IMG/VR virus record: IMGVR_UViG_3300045988_187204 | Direction: 5' to 3' (one strand) | Length of the DNA: 43,880 nt | Source of the DNA: a virus | Taxonomy: Duplodnaviria > Heunggongvirae > Uroviricota > Caudoviricetes | Part shown: in pieces, positions 1 to 9,506 of the stretch | Layout of the letters: each line of letters opens with the position of its first letter | Position numbering within the stretch: position 1 is the stretch's first letter | Notes under the pieces: model-generated | Told to the model about the DNA's origin: nothing | Databases searched by the model: none | The model's input: the letters and a program-made list of their open reading frames with translations, nothing else | Translations under genes and position numbers: made by a program

Positions 1-426
1 ATGGTATTAGTTAGCATGTTAATGCTGACATTAGAAATTCATGCAGCGTCGGCTGCAACATCAGGAAATGTATCCTCTACCAGCGAGATGGACTGGACTC
101 CAGTGATGGACGCTATCATTCAGGTAGAGAGTAAGGGTGATCCGAAAGCTAAGAGCGGTAACTCTGTAGGTGTGATGCAGATCACTCCAATTTTAGTAGC
201 AGAATGTAATAATATTCTGAAGCGCAAGAAATCGAAGAAGCGCTACACTTTGGCTGATAGATATAATGTAGCTAAATCTAAAGAAATGTTTCTATTGATT
301 CAGAGTGTCTACAATCCTCTTAATAGTATCGAGCACGCAATCCGTTCATGGAATGGCGGTAATCATTTCAGTAAGAAGCGTACTCAGAGATATTTCGAGA
401 AGGTAATGAAACTTTTGAAAAAGTAA
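1..426 (+). CDS. Lytic transglycosylase-like (SLT/lysozyme-like) protein; ORF open at window start, probably 5'-truncated; likely outside the prophage
   Basis: ORF track 1..426; IIQVESKGDPKA...NSVGVMQITP resembles the catalytic Glu-Ser / G-x-MQ signature of SLT-family transglycosylases; hairpin plus T-run terminator immediately downstream. Confidence 0.45.
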   Translation: MVLVSMLMLTLEIHAASAATSGNVSSTSEMDWTPVMDAIIQVESKGDPKAKSGNSVGVMQITPILVAECNNILKRKKSKKRYTLADRYNVAKSKEMFLLIQSVYNPLNSIEHAIRSWNGGNHFSKKRTQRYFEKVMKLLKK

Positions 427-441
427 TTCTTTTTCCATAAG

Positions 442-481
442 GCCCGATTGTTCTGAAAAAGAGCAATCGGGCTTGCTTTTT
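442..481 (+). terminator. Rho-independent terminator after the SLT-like gene
   Basis: GCCCGATTG (442-450) / CAATCGGGC (464-472) 9-bp stem followed by TTGCTTTTT. Confidence 0.5.
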
Positions 482-563
482 ACTCGTTTTCGCCTCTTTT
501 ATGTACGTTTTGTTGCTATTCTGTTTAATAACTGTTAAATATATGCAGATTTCTGACAAAATG

Positions 564-595
564 TTTGGTGGGGTCGGAAAAAAGTCGTACCTTTG
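564..595 (+). promoter_or_regulatory. Bacteroidota sigma-A-type promoter for the tRNA gene
   Basis: TTTG at 564-567 and TACCTTTG at 588-595 with 20-nt spacing, about 30 nt upstream of the tRNA; matches the established Bacteroides -33 TTTG / -7 TAnnTTTG consensus. Confidence 0.45.
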
Positions 596-626
596 CACTC
601 GCAATTCAGAAATGAGTTGATTATAT

Positions 627-702
627 CGCGGTGTGGAGCAGTTGGTAGCTCGCCAGGCTCATAACCTGGAGGTCGCATGTTCGAGTCCTGCCGCCGCAAC
701 CA
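627..702 (+). tRNA. tRNA-Met (anticodon CAU), 76 nt with encoded CCA; initiator-like C1-A72 mismatch
   Basis: Cloverleaf folded by hand: acceptor CGCGGTG/CGCCGCA, D arm GAGC-AGTTGGTA-GCTC, anticodon arm CCAGG-CTCATAA-CCTGG with CAT at 660-662, variable loop AGGTC, T arm GCATG-TTCGAGT-CCTGC (one U-C mismatch), discriminator A, CCA 700-702. A CAU anticodon could also be tRNA-Ile2 (lysidine). Confidence 0.8.
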
Positions 703-818
703 ATATCGGGTAAGAAGTTGGAAACAACATTCTTATCCGATTTTCCGTTTTGGGGAGGGACGGAAGCGAAATACTTTATTGTTGAATATCATTGGCTGGC
801 AACGGACAATGAAAAAAA

Positions 819-1982
819 ATGACTGCAAAAGAAATTGATTTTTTGAGCTCGCGTGAAATAGTAGGTTTCACGCTGCCTGTGTTGCATACCAAGGGCGGTT
901 ACTGGTATGTTGACTTTACTGCCTTTGACCCTGTTTCGGGTCGGATGAAGCGCAAGAAATATATGCTTAATAGGTACAAGACTGACCACAAGAAGCGTAT
1001 GATGGGTACCTTGCTTATCCACAATATCACGGCAAAATTGACCGCTGGATGGAATCCTTGGGTGAATGCCGACAAGTCGAGACAATTCACCGAAATACCA
1101 ATTATCTTTAGTCGTTATCGTGATTATATTAAGTCGATGACCGACAAAAAGTCGATGAAGGAAAAGACCTCTATCGACTACCTCAGCCGCCTCAAGACTC
1201 TGGAGTCTTTCATCACTGAGTGCAAGAGTGTCAAATATGCCTATCAGATTGACCGTGCCTTCGCCATCGACTTCTTAGACCACCTGATGTATGACCGTGA
1301 TGTGAGTGCTACCACAAGAAACAACTATCGCTCTTGGCTTGTCTCCTTCGGCACTTGGCTTATGGATAGAAAATATATCAGCGAGAACCCTGCCATCGAC
1401 ATCAGAAACATCGCTCAGAAGGAGAAGTTCAGAGACCCTTTGACCGAGGGCGCGCTTAAGAAGCTGAAGACTTATCTCTATGATAACAACAGACATTTTC
1501 TCTTGGCTTGCCTCTTTGAATATTATACCTTTATCCGACCGAATGAGTTGACGCAGATAAGAATCAAAGATGTGTCGATTGCTGACCAGACGGTCTTTAT
1601 CAGTTCTGCCATCAGCAAGAACCGTAAGGACGGACTTGTGGCATTGAACGATGAAATCTTGAAGCTCATGATAGAGCTGAAGATATTTGAGCATCCGGGA
1701 CATTGTTTTATCTTTGGCAAGGGGTTGAAGCCTGGTGAGGAGCGAGCACCTTATAACCAACTGAGAGTAGAGTGGGGCAAGATGCGAGATGCTATTGGGT
1801 TTCCGAAGGAGTATCAGTTTTATAGCCTGAAGGACACTGGCATCAGGGATTTGGCGAACGCACAGGGTATCGTGGTCGCCAAGGATCAGGCACGCCACTC
1901 TGATATATCTGTGACGAATCGATATATCAAGAACCAGATGAAAGTGAACGAGGAGACCAAGCACTTCAAAGGTGGGCTTTAG
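819..1982 (+). CDS. int: Tyrosine site-specific integrase
   Basis: ATG at 819 checked; C-terminal ...ARHSDISVTNRYIK contains the H-x-x-R ... Y catalytic signature of tyrosine recombinases; sits immediately downstream of a tRNA gene. Confidence 0.85.
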   Translation: MTAKEIDFLSSREIVGFTLPVLHTKGGYWYVDFTAFDPVSGRMKRKKYMLNRYKTDHKKRMMGTLLIHNITAKLTAGWNPWVNADKSRQFTEIPIIFSRYRDYIKSMTDKKSMKEKTSIDYLSRLKTLESFITECKSVKYAYQIDRAFAIDFLDHLMYDRDVSATTRNNYRSWLVSFGTWLMDRKYISENPAIDIRNIAQKEKFRDPLTEGALKKLKTYLYDNNRHFLLACLFEYYTFIRPNELTQIRIKDVSIADQTVFISSAISKNRKDGLVALNDEILKLMIELKIFEHPGHCFIFGKGLKPGEERAPYNQLRVEWGKMRDAIGFPKEYQFYSLKDTGIRDLANAQGIVVAKDQARHSDISVTNRYIKNQMKVNEETKHFKGGL

Positions 1983-2039
1983 TCTCCTCGATGAGGTGGT
2001 GTCGTGGCTTCGCTGGTTTGTGTTTGATGAGTAGCGAAG

Positions 2040-3938
2040 TTACGACATCATATAAAAATATCCTGTATAGATAGGCTCAATCTGGTCATCCTTGACCTCC
2101 ATCTCTATTTTTTCGCATACGAATTTTTTGTTGTGTATGATGTATGTGTGAGATGGGTCAGGGATGGTATCAGATTTGAACTTGACCTGAAGGCAGTTTT
2201 TGTTGTCTATCTTGAGACCGCTGTCGTGGAGCTCACCCAAACAGGTTCCTGCTTGCCAAGCCTTGTTTAGGGATAGGGAAGCCATCAGAACGGTTGGAAA
2301 CGTGCCAATATTGCCAGGATCGAGAAACTCCATCCTATACATGGAATTGATGCGGCTGTCAGTCATGAACTGCGGCCATCTGGACTTCTCCCCTACCCAT
2401 GAGACGTTGCCATTGAGTGGGTGTTCGTATTTTTGAACTTTGCCAGGCACTATGAAAAACACATTCATGCACTCCTGGTCATCCTCGGAATCATCCAAGG
2501 TGGACTCATCATCGATGGCATCCTGTATGGAGACGTAGTTGTAGCCATCCTCGTCTGTGTCGCCCTCTTTGGCTTCGGCTTCTTTGTCGTTTGGCATAGA
2601 CAGGAGGCAGCGCCATTCGCTGTGTTTATCCTCAAAAAGAAAAGACCTAAAGCTAACATTTTCCACGACCTGTGCTGCTGGGGATATGTTGAGGTCTGTG
2701 TAATCATCGGAGGAGTTATCCCTTATCAGTGGCGACCAGACACCAGCCAACTGCCAGCTCTTGTTGCCGTCGGTATCCTCGACATATATATAATAATCGC
2801 TGCCCAGATGACGGATGATGGTGGTGCGCTTCTTCTTCTCGGACCATCCACTGGTAGTGGCAGGAAACTGAAAGTTGGTACCAACGGCTGTCTCGAACGA
2901 ATCGACTATATCGAAATTATCAAAAACTTTTTTGGGAATGACTTCGTAATCACCTCTGTTGGCTGAGTCGCCTAAGTTGTACTGCAGGTTGGCTGTCGAT
3001 GAGGTTGAGAACGAACCATCGGCATCGTAGTCGGTGGTGTACTCGTCGAGTGTCTCTATCTCTACGGAGTCGGCGGATGATAGCTCTGAGGACTTGATGA
3101 CCTGACAAGTCTTTTTGATGTCGTCGAAGTATATGGTGGCGTTGAAGAGCTTGCGGAACTCCTCGATGAAGGTGTAGCTAGTCCAATGAGGAAGGGCACG
3201 GCGAAGCTCTAGGGTCTTGAAGGCGGAGGCGATGTAGAGCAAGTTCCATGGAGAAACATCGAGGTCGTTGCGTGTGAGGGTGTAGCCCTCGTAGGCGATG
3301 ACTCGCTTGAAGATGTACATCAGGTTGGGCTGCACGGCGACGTTGCTGATGTATGGATCTTTGCTGCCTATGAAATTGCCCGTGCGGTCAACGCCCACGA
3401 AATTGGCTATCATGTCGTTGGTCTCGTCTCTGACTGGCATGAAGCACCACTTGCCCTGCTCGCCCAGAAACTTGCTCTGGTCGGCGACGAGCCTATAGAC
3501 GGATTGAACCTTGGGGATGTTTTTCCAGCCCTGTGAAAAACCTTTATCTACCGTATAGCCTGGTGCGGATGCCTTGCCGAAGTCTATCTCGTCGATGTAG
3601 TGCTTGGTCATCTTGTCGTTGAACTTGATGCGAGACTTGCCGCCCACTATCTGAAGCTTTATCTCAGAGTCGGTGACGCTGATGATGGTACCCACGCCAG
3701 AGAGTACCAGGCGACCGCTCACGTAAAGCTTGCAATCGTTGTAGGTCTGGGTGGATTTGGAGACATCGAAGCGGCTCACGTTGTGGAAAACTCGGCGGTT
3801 GGGCATTATTGCCATGGGGAAATTGATGTCGTAGGAGTATTCGCCATCGTCGGTGACGTATTGGTTGGCGTATGTGAGCTTGATGGATTGGCTGGCAGCC
3901 GGGTAGGCTGCCATGCCATTGATGATGCATGTTATCAT
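2040..3938 (-). CDS. Phage tail-associated structural protein downstream of the tape-measure gene (distal tail / minor tail candidate)
   Basis: 632-aa ORF with ATG at 3938, directly following the tape-measure gene on the same strand; no motif recognised. Confidence 0.45.
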   Translation of the reverse strand: MITCIINGMAAYPAASQSIKLTYANQYVTDDGEYSYDINFPMAIMPNRRVFHNVSRFDVSKSTQTYNDCKLYVSGRLVLSGVGTIISVTDSEIKLQIVGGKSRIKFNDKMTKHYIDEIDFGKASAPGYTVDKGFSQGWKNIPKVQSVYRLVADQSKFLGEQGKWCFMPVRDETNDMIANFVGVDRTGNFIGSKDPYISNVAVQPNLMYIFKRVIAYEGYTLTRNDLDVSPWNLLYIASAFKTLELRRALPHWTSYTFIEEFRKLFNATIYFDDIKKTCQVIKSSELSSADSVEIETLDEYTTDYDADGSFSTSSTANLQYNLGDSANRGDYEVIPKKVFDNFDIVDSFETAVGTNFQFPATTSGWSEKKKRTTIIRHLGSDYYIYVEDTDGNKSWQLAGVWSPLIRDNSSDDYTDLNISPAAQVVENVSFRSFLFEDKHSEWRCLLSMPNDKEAEAKEGDTDEDGYNYVSIQDAIDDESTLDDSEDDQECMNVFFIVPGKVQKYEHPLNGNVSWVGEKSRWPQFMTDSRINSMYRMEFLDPGNIGTFPTVLMASLSLNKAWQAGTCLGELHDSGLKIDNKNCLQVKFKSDTIPDPSHTYIIHNKKFVCEKIEMEVKDDQIEPIYTGYFYMMS

Positions 3939-3971
3939 AAACTAATCATAAATGAGGCTTGATGAAAACCG

Positions 3972-6900
3972 TTATTTGTTTGACTTCATTTTTTGATATT
4001 GGCTCCATTGGCGGTCGAAGCCATCGGGGCCGGTGATGACCACGTATGACTTGATGCCAGCATCGAGCTGTTGGTTGAGTCGGTCGATGGTGTTATGCAC
4101 GCTATCGAGGGATGCGCCCATCTGTTCGGTGTCGCCACCTGTGACGTTGACCACTGGGGCGACCACGGCTGCGCTGCCTGTGCCCATGGCACGGCTCACG
4201 TCTTGTGCGGTGAGCGAGGCGACAGTGTTGTTGCGCTGCGCCATATCGATGAGCTGCAGGGCAGGGAGGAGCTGAGGATTGTTGACGGCGTTGTGGTTGG
4301 CGACGAACTCGCCAGCGTGAACCACGCCAGCCTCTTTCTTGTAATTGCCAGGACCAGTGAAACCACCCTCGTAATAGCCAGCCGCCTCTGCCTGGTGCTG
4401 CTTTTTGATTGTTGCTATCTGGAGCATGCCCGCTGCGGTGGCGAGACCTGCGGCGATAGGACCAAGGATGTGACCCACCACTGGGATGGCTGCGGCTGAT
4501 GAGTAGGCGTTGATGGCAGCCATGGCGGTTGAAGCTATGGCTTGTGCGATCTCTATCTTCATCGCCTTTTTGTTGGCCTTGCTCTTGGCTGCAGCCACCT
4601 CTTTGTCTCGCTTCGCCTCGAGTCGCTTTTTCTTGGCTGAGTTGTTGCCAGCGGCAGAAATCTGCTTATCGTAGTTTTTCTCGATCTTGGCGACCTCTAG
4701 GTCTGAGCAGGCCTGAGAGTAGGCGGAGGCAGCGCCCATCATCGTGTTGATGCTGCTGAAGGCAGCGCCAGCGATGGAGGCTATCTCTTGATAGGTCTCT
4801 TTGTTCATCTGCTTTTTGGCATCTAGATAAGCCTGTTCGCTGATGTTGCCATCTCTACGTAGCTTGTCTAGATTATCGTTGACCATCTTTTGCTGTTGGA
4901 TGGCTGCGATGGCACCACCTGCGATTGTGGCGAGGTTGTCGCTGCCCATGGCATTACTGTTGTCGCCGTTGCCCTTGGTCATCTTTTTGGCGGTGTCGAG
5001 GGCGGTGTTGGCATCCTCTTTGCGCTGCTCGTCGGCGGTAGGCTTGTATGAGGCGTATTTGTTGGCGATGCCCATCTTTGTGCGCTGGTATTCCTCCTCT
5101 CTGATGAGACCTGCCTTGTAGATGGCTTCGAGCCCCTGCAGCTCTAGTTGCATCTGCTCTTCGTTGCCGAGCTTGCCGTATTCTTGGCGCAGCTGAAGGA
5201 GTTGTTCGTCGTGTTGCTTCTGAAGGTCGTATTTGCGTTGCTGTTGGGTCAGCTCTCGCTCTTTCTCGATCTGGGCGTACTCGTCAGATGAGGAGAGGTA
5301 GAGGGCTTGCTTTTTGTTGAGATAGTCCTGGTATGAGAGAAAGAGAGCCTCGTTGACGGCATCCTCATTGTGATAGAGGTTGGAGTCTTTGTTGTAGTAG
5401 TCTGCATTGAGCTTCATTTCTTTTTTCTGTCGCTCGGTCTCCAGGGCTTCGAGGTCGGCGGTCTGCTTCTTCTCGTAGTCGGCGGCGATATTCTCTTTCT
5501 CGGCGCTCAATCGCTTGTACTCTTCGCTCTCTGCCTCGCCATACTTTTTGAGGATGTCGAGGCGAGCCTGAAGCCCCTGCTCTTTGATATTCTTCATCTT
5601 CTCGTTGTATTCGGCGAGTCGAATCTGCCCCGTAGCGTAGAGTGTCTTGGCATCTAGCTCTTCGGCTTGGTTGGCTTTCTTGGCATCGTCTAGCTCTTTT
5701 TTCATGTCGGCCTTGCGCTTTGCCTCTGCCTTGCGAGCCGCAGCCTCACGCTTCTTTTTCTCCTTCTCGGCAGCCTTGCGCTCTTTCTCGGTCATGGTAT
5801 GACCAGAGGAAGGGGTGACGGGTGTCTCAGTAGTTGCGCTATTGTTTAGTAAATTCTTCTTTACAGTCTTGTTGTACTGTTTCTGTAAATTAACGTTTTT
5901 CTCTAATTGCTGATTATAGAAATTCTCTTCAGCATTGACTTTTTTTTGCAGGCTTAGGTTTGCCTGTAGTCTTTGCGTATGAATTTGCTTTTGCTTCTCG
6001 TTGCTCTTCAGTGCCTCGTTTTGTTCGATGAGCTGACCTGTCCATCCATCAGCCACGGCATTGCTCTCATATTGCTTAGGATGAGCCTTGCGCTCAGCAT
6101 CGACAGCCTTCAGAGAATATCGTATGCGGCTCTCTTTTTGTTTGAGTTTCAGTTTCTTTTTATTGATTTCCACTTTGCGTTCATAGATAGCTTCTGCCAT
6201 GGCAGCATTCTCTAGCTCCTTGATGTAGTTTTGGATGGCAATCTGATTGTCGTTATACAACTTGCCCTCTTTGGAGATAGAGGCGTGATATTCTGGGACG
6301 AGCTTTTGCATATTTGCGATAGCTTGCTTGCGCTCGTCAACGGTATAGGCATTGGAGTGGATAACCTTGTTGAGCATATCGACCTTGTTGCGCTCATCGA
6401 GGGTAGCATCAGACACTTTTTTGGCGAGGCTGGCTTGAGCCTCTGCCACAGCTCTGTTGTTTTTAGCCTCTTGCGTGTTGTTGCGCATCGCCTCATTGTA
6501 AGATGTTATGGCTTTGTATGCCCCATAGGCAGCCACGCCCACAACGGTGATTACCGTGGCGAGGGCAGCCCATGGATTGGTGAGACTGGCTAGGCGTGCC
6601 GCCCTCATCACCACGATGTAGCCCTGTATGCCTTTTGTGAGATAAGCCCATGTGGCTTGCAGTGCCACTAAGGCAGCACGCAAAAGGGTAGAAGTTGCAG
6701 CACAAGCTTTATCGACAGCTGAAGCGTATTGCACAGCGGCAGATTTAATCTTAATAGCGATTGTCTCCTTGTACCAGAGAGTAGTACAAACAGCGATGGC
6801 TGTTGACAGCACGGCTATTTGTTTGGCATAGGTGACGGTGAAGGTGATGAGTGTGGACATGACCTTTATAGTCAGGCTGAACGACGTGATGCCATATTTC

Positions 6901-8318
6901 ATGGCAGGGATGAGTTTCTCGCCAAGTTCGATGGTGAGGTCTTGGAATCGCTTCTTGGCCTTGTCTAGCTCTGCCTGAACTGTTGTGTTTTGGGTGTTGA
7001 ACTCATTGAGCACACTGGTACCATCGGCATAAGACTTGGTGGCGATGTCTTGTGCCTCCCTAACTTGGTCGAGGTGTGTAGCTACGGCGGAGAGCACGCC
7101 CACGGCACGGGTACCGTTGAGCTGCATCTCTTCGAACATCGGTGCCATCTCTGTGAAACCTCCCTTCGACTTCATCGCTTGCATGAACTTCATCAAGCCC
7201 TCGTTGGCGTTGGTCTTCATCAGGTTGGAGAACTCCTTGACCTGCATGCCCGCTATCTTGGCAAACTTGGCTGGCTCTTGGTACATTTTTGTGATGAGCT
7301 GTGAGAAGACTGTGGCGGAAGTCGCCTCCTCTTGCATGTTTTGGTCGAGGGCAGAGGCGAGACCCATCAGCTGTGCCTGGGTCATGCCGGCCTGGATGCC
7401 GACACCTGAGAGGTCGGCGGTGAAATCGACGATGTAGCCAGCGTTTGCAGATGAGCTTTGTGCCAGCTCATTGACGGCGGAACCTGTGGCGAGCATCGCA
7501 CCACGAAGGCCTTTGGTCTTATCCTCACCAAACATCTGGGCGAGCTTGCCGATTTTATCGACCGCCCCCTTGCCGAGGTCATCGCCGAGGGCGACATTGA
7601 TTTTGTCGGCACCATCAACGAACTCCTCGATCATCTCTTTGCTGGTGATGCCGAGGCGACCGGCAGAGCCAGCCAGCTCGTTGAGCTGCTCACGAGCTGT
7701 GCGGGTATCCATGCGCTTGAAGTCCTCGTTCATCTGATGAACCTGTTCGTCGGTCTGACCGGTGTATTTGCGCACGTCTGCCATCGACTCCTCCATGTCG
7801 GCATAGGCTTGGGCTGCAGCTCTCAAAGTAAGAGTGAGTGTGGTGAGACTGCCCAGTATCTGGGTGAAGGCACCCCAGTTTTTGTTAAGACCATCCCACA
7901 TTCTAGAGAACAAACTTCTGGAAGCTTTACCTTCGTCGTTGATGTGCTGCATCTCTGCTCGCACTTGCTTTAATTGCTTTTGCAGTTTTTTCCATTCGTC
8001 TGAGTTGCGCTTGATGGCACCGCTTTTCAACTCTCTGTTGAGAGCCTTGGCGACTAGTTGCAGCTCCTTGTATGATGCAGAAGAAAGATTGTTGAGAACT
8101 TGGTTAACCTTCTCTTGGCTAGTCATGTATGCTTTTGTCTCAGCCTTTAATCTCTTTATCTGTCGTTCGAGGGCTGTTGTTGACTCGCCCTTAGCATAAG
8201 CCTCGTCTCTGGCTTTTTGCACTTCTTTCAGCTTGTTTTGCAATTCGTTGAGTTTATCCTTAGCCTCTTTGGTGTCAAGAATAACTCTGCTAACATGGGT
8301 ATCTGTATTTGTTGCCAT
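3972..8318 (-). CDS. Tail tape measure protein
   Basis: 1448 aa; long K/E/A/Q-rich coiled-coil stretches, central hydrophobic block (…LSTAIAVCTTLWYK…AALATVITVVGVAAYGAYKAI…), Gly/Ala-rich C-terminal region; ATG at 8318 checked. Confidence 0.7.
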   Translation of the reverse strand: MATNTDTHVSRVILDTKEAKDKLNELQNKLKEVQKARDEAYAKGESTTALERQIKRLKAETKAYMTSQEKVNQVLNNLSSASYKELQLVAKALNRELKSGAIKRNSDEWKKLQKQLKQVRAEMQHINDEGKASRSLFSRMWDGLNKNWGAFTQILGSLTTLTLTLRAAAQAYADMEESMADVRKYTGQTDEQVHQMNEDFKRMDTRTAREQLNELAGSAGRLGITSKEMIEEFVDGADKINVALGDDLGKGAVDKIGKLAQMFGEDKTKGLRGAMLATGSAVNELAQSSSANAGYIVDFTADLSGVGIQAGMTQAQLMGLASALDQNMQEEATSATVFSQLITKMYQEPAKFAKIAGMQVKEFSNLMKTNANEGLMKFMQAMKSKGGFTEMAPMFEEMQLNGTRAVGVLSAVATHLDQVREAQDIATKSYADGTSVLNEFNTQNTTVQAELDKAKKRFQDLTIELGEKLIPAMKYGITSFSLTIKVMSTLITFTVTYAKQIAVLSTAIAVCTTLWYKETIAIKIKSAAVQYASAVDKACAATSTLLRAALVALQATWAYLTKGIQGYIVVMRAARLASLTNPWAALATVITVVGVAAYGAYKAITSYNEAMRNNTQEAKNNRAVAEAQASLAKKVSDATLDERNKVDMLNKVIHSNAYTVDERKQAIANMQKLVPEYHASISKEGKLYNDNQIAIQNYIKELENAAMAEAIYERKVEINKKKLKLKQKESRIRYSLKAVDAERKAHPKQYESNAVADGWTGQLIEQNEALKSNEKQKQIHTQRLQANLSLQKKVNAEENFYNQQLEKNVNLQKQYNKTVKKNLLNNSATTETPVTPSSGHTMTEKERKAAEKEKKKREAAARKAEAKRKADMKKELDDAKKANQAEELDAKTLYATGQIRLAEYNEKMKNIKEQGLQARLDILKKYGEAESEEYKRLSAEKENIAADYEKKQTADLEALETERQKKEMKLNADYYNKDSNLYHNEDAVNEALFLSYQDYLNKKQALYLSSSDEYAQIEKERELTQQQRKYDLQKQHDEQLLQLRQEYGKLGNEEQMQLELQGLEAIYKAGLIREEEYQRTKMGIANKYASYKPTADEQRKEDANTALDTAKKMTKGNGDNSNAMGSDNLATIAGGAIAAIQQQKMVNDNLDKLRRDGNISEQAYLDAKKQMNKETYQEIASIAGAAFSSINTMMGAASAYSQACSDLEVAKIEKNYDKQISAAGNNSAKKKRLEAKRDKEVAAAKSKANKKAMKIEIAQAIASTAMAAINAYSSAAAIPVVGHILGPIAAGLATAAGMLQIATIKKQHQAEAAGYYEGGFTGPGNYKKEAGVVHAGEFVANHNAVNNPQLLPALQLIDMAQRNNTVASLTAQDVSRAMGTGSAAVVAPVVNVTGGDTEQMGASLDSVHNTIDRLNQQLDAGIKSYVVITGPDGFDRQWSQYQKMKSNK

Positions 8319-8340
8319 AATTGAATATTTTATTTTATGG

Positions 8341-8348
8341 CAAAGGTA
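8341..8348 (-). promoter_or_regulatory. Putative -7 promoter element (TACCTTTG on - strand) upstream of the tape-measure gene
   Basis: + strand CAAAGGTA = reverse complement of TAnnTTTG; about 25 nt upstream of the start at 8318. Confidence 0.3.
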
Positions 8349-8360
8349 ATAAGGAGGAAA

Positions 8361-8403
8361 ATATAATAAAAATACGAGACCGTATGTATTGCGGTCTCGT
8401 ATT
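8361..8403 (-). terminator. Intrinsic terminator (- strand)
   Basis: Perfect 12-bp stem AATACGAGACCG (8371-8382) / CGGTCTCGTATT (8392-8403), 9-nt loop, U-rich tract on the - strand (+ strand ATATAATAAA at 8361-8370). Confidence 0.5.
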
Positions 8404-8744
8404 TACTTGGTTATCTCTTGCTCTTTTTTAAAGAACTCGTATGCAAGATTGTTTGCATCCCAAACAAGATATTTCTTGTTGGTGTTTCTGAGTGTCTGTT
8501 TATCACCTGTTATGGAGTTTGCTATCGTGACGCAGAAGAATCTGCCTCGCTTTACGATTTCGGTTGCCGTATTGTTTGGCGATGCCAGTCTTATAGGCTC
8601 GTCAAAATTCTCATCAAAAGTATCAAACAATGGTTCGGAAGCCACTGTGGCTGGGCAAGAACTATTGCCAAGCTTGTCGAGACCTTTGAGGAGTGCAACT
8701 GTTATAATCGCTAGTATCCAGCATCCAAATATAGTCGTAATCAT
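8403..8744 (-). CDS. Small membrane protein (N-terminal TM segment), function unknown
   Basis: ORF track 8403..8942; start refined to in-frame ATG at 8744 (MITTIFGCWILAIITVALL…). Confidence 0.4.
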   Translation of the reverse strand: MITTIFGCWILAIITVALLKGLDKLGNSSCPATVASEPLFDTFDENFDEPIRLASPNNTATEIVKRGRFFCVTIANSITGDKQTLRNTNKKYLVWDANNLAYEFFKKEQEITK

Positions 8745-8966
8745 AATTTGCAAGTTTATTATTATCTTTGTTGCAAATTTAATAATAATATTTGGAATAT
8801 GCAAGTATTTTGTGTTAAATCTTTGATTTGTTTTGCGGTATGGTGGAAAAATATTATATTTGCAGTGGCAATTTAATTTTAGAAAGTATGAATAAAGATT
8901 TTGCTTTAATATTGGTAAACATAATATGCGCCTTAACGGCATTTGTTTGTATGATAATCACTATTG

Positions 8967-9323
8967 TTATTTCATTAGTGAGATTATAATAGTAATACAC
9001 ATAGATGCGATTGTAATAATCGTGCAAATGATATTGATATATTCTTTGTATTCTTTCAGAAGTGTCAGTCTCTCCTGTCTTCTCTTCTGTTTGTTATAGC
9101 CTTTCTTGGCAGCATTCTCCCCTTGTGGTGTCAGCTTATAATAAGCTTCTCCCCACTCATAAACAAGTCCCTCGTCTTGAAGTGATTGTAGAACATCGTA
9201 TGGCTCAATGTCATATCCATACGTATCATTTATAGCACTGTGTACATCGTCTTTGTTAGGACTACCTTCTAAGAACTGGCTTAAAATGAAATCTGCGATT
9301 TCTATTTGCTTTTTAGTCATCAT
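8967..9323 (-). CDS. Small tail-anchored membrane protein, function unknown
   Basis: ORF track 8967..9407; start refined to ATG at 9323 (MMTKKQIEIADF…); C-terminal hydrophobic segment IICTIITIASMCITIIISL. Confidence 0.4.
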   Translation of the reverse strand: MMTKKQIEIADFILSQFLEGSPNKDDVHSAINDTYGYDIEPYDVLQSLQDEGLVYEWGEAYYKLTPQGENAAKKGYNKQKRRQERLTLLKEYKEYINIICTIITIASMCITIIISLMK

Positions 9324-9375
9324 AATCAAATAAAAACGGCTCGTGCATCGGGAGGGCAGTCCTTCAGCACGAGCC
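9324..9375 (-). terminator. Hairpin with U-tract (- strand) abutting the start codon of the 8967..9323 gene; terminator or 5' leader structure
   Basis: GGCTCGTGC (9338-9346) / GCACGAGCC (9367-9375) 9-bp stem; - strand flank GUUUUUAUUUG. Confidence 0.35.
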
Positions 9376-9506
9376 ATTAACAGCTGTATATCTTTATGTC
9401 TTGCCACTCATGAGACCTGCCCGAATCATGTTTGACATCATTGTCTTTAAATATGGTGCAAAGATAACGCTTTTATCTGAAAGCACCAAATGATTTTACG
9501 AAAACT

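Noticed and set aside
1983-2043. Possible bidirectional terminator between the convergent integrase and tail gene
   Set aside because: Only a weak 7-bp stem (CTTCGCT/AGCGAAG) with an 18-nt loop and no clear U-tract; too weak to call.
4033-8199. Many + strand ORFs inside the tape-measure gene, and similar antisense ORFs inside other large - strand genes (for example 25362..26195, 32001..32729, 41063..41638)
   Set aside because: Antisense frames of long coiled-coil or GC-rich coding regions with no promoter or start context; standard six-frame artefacts.
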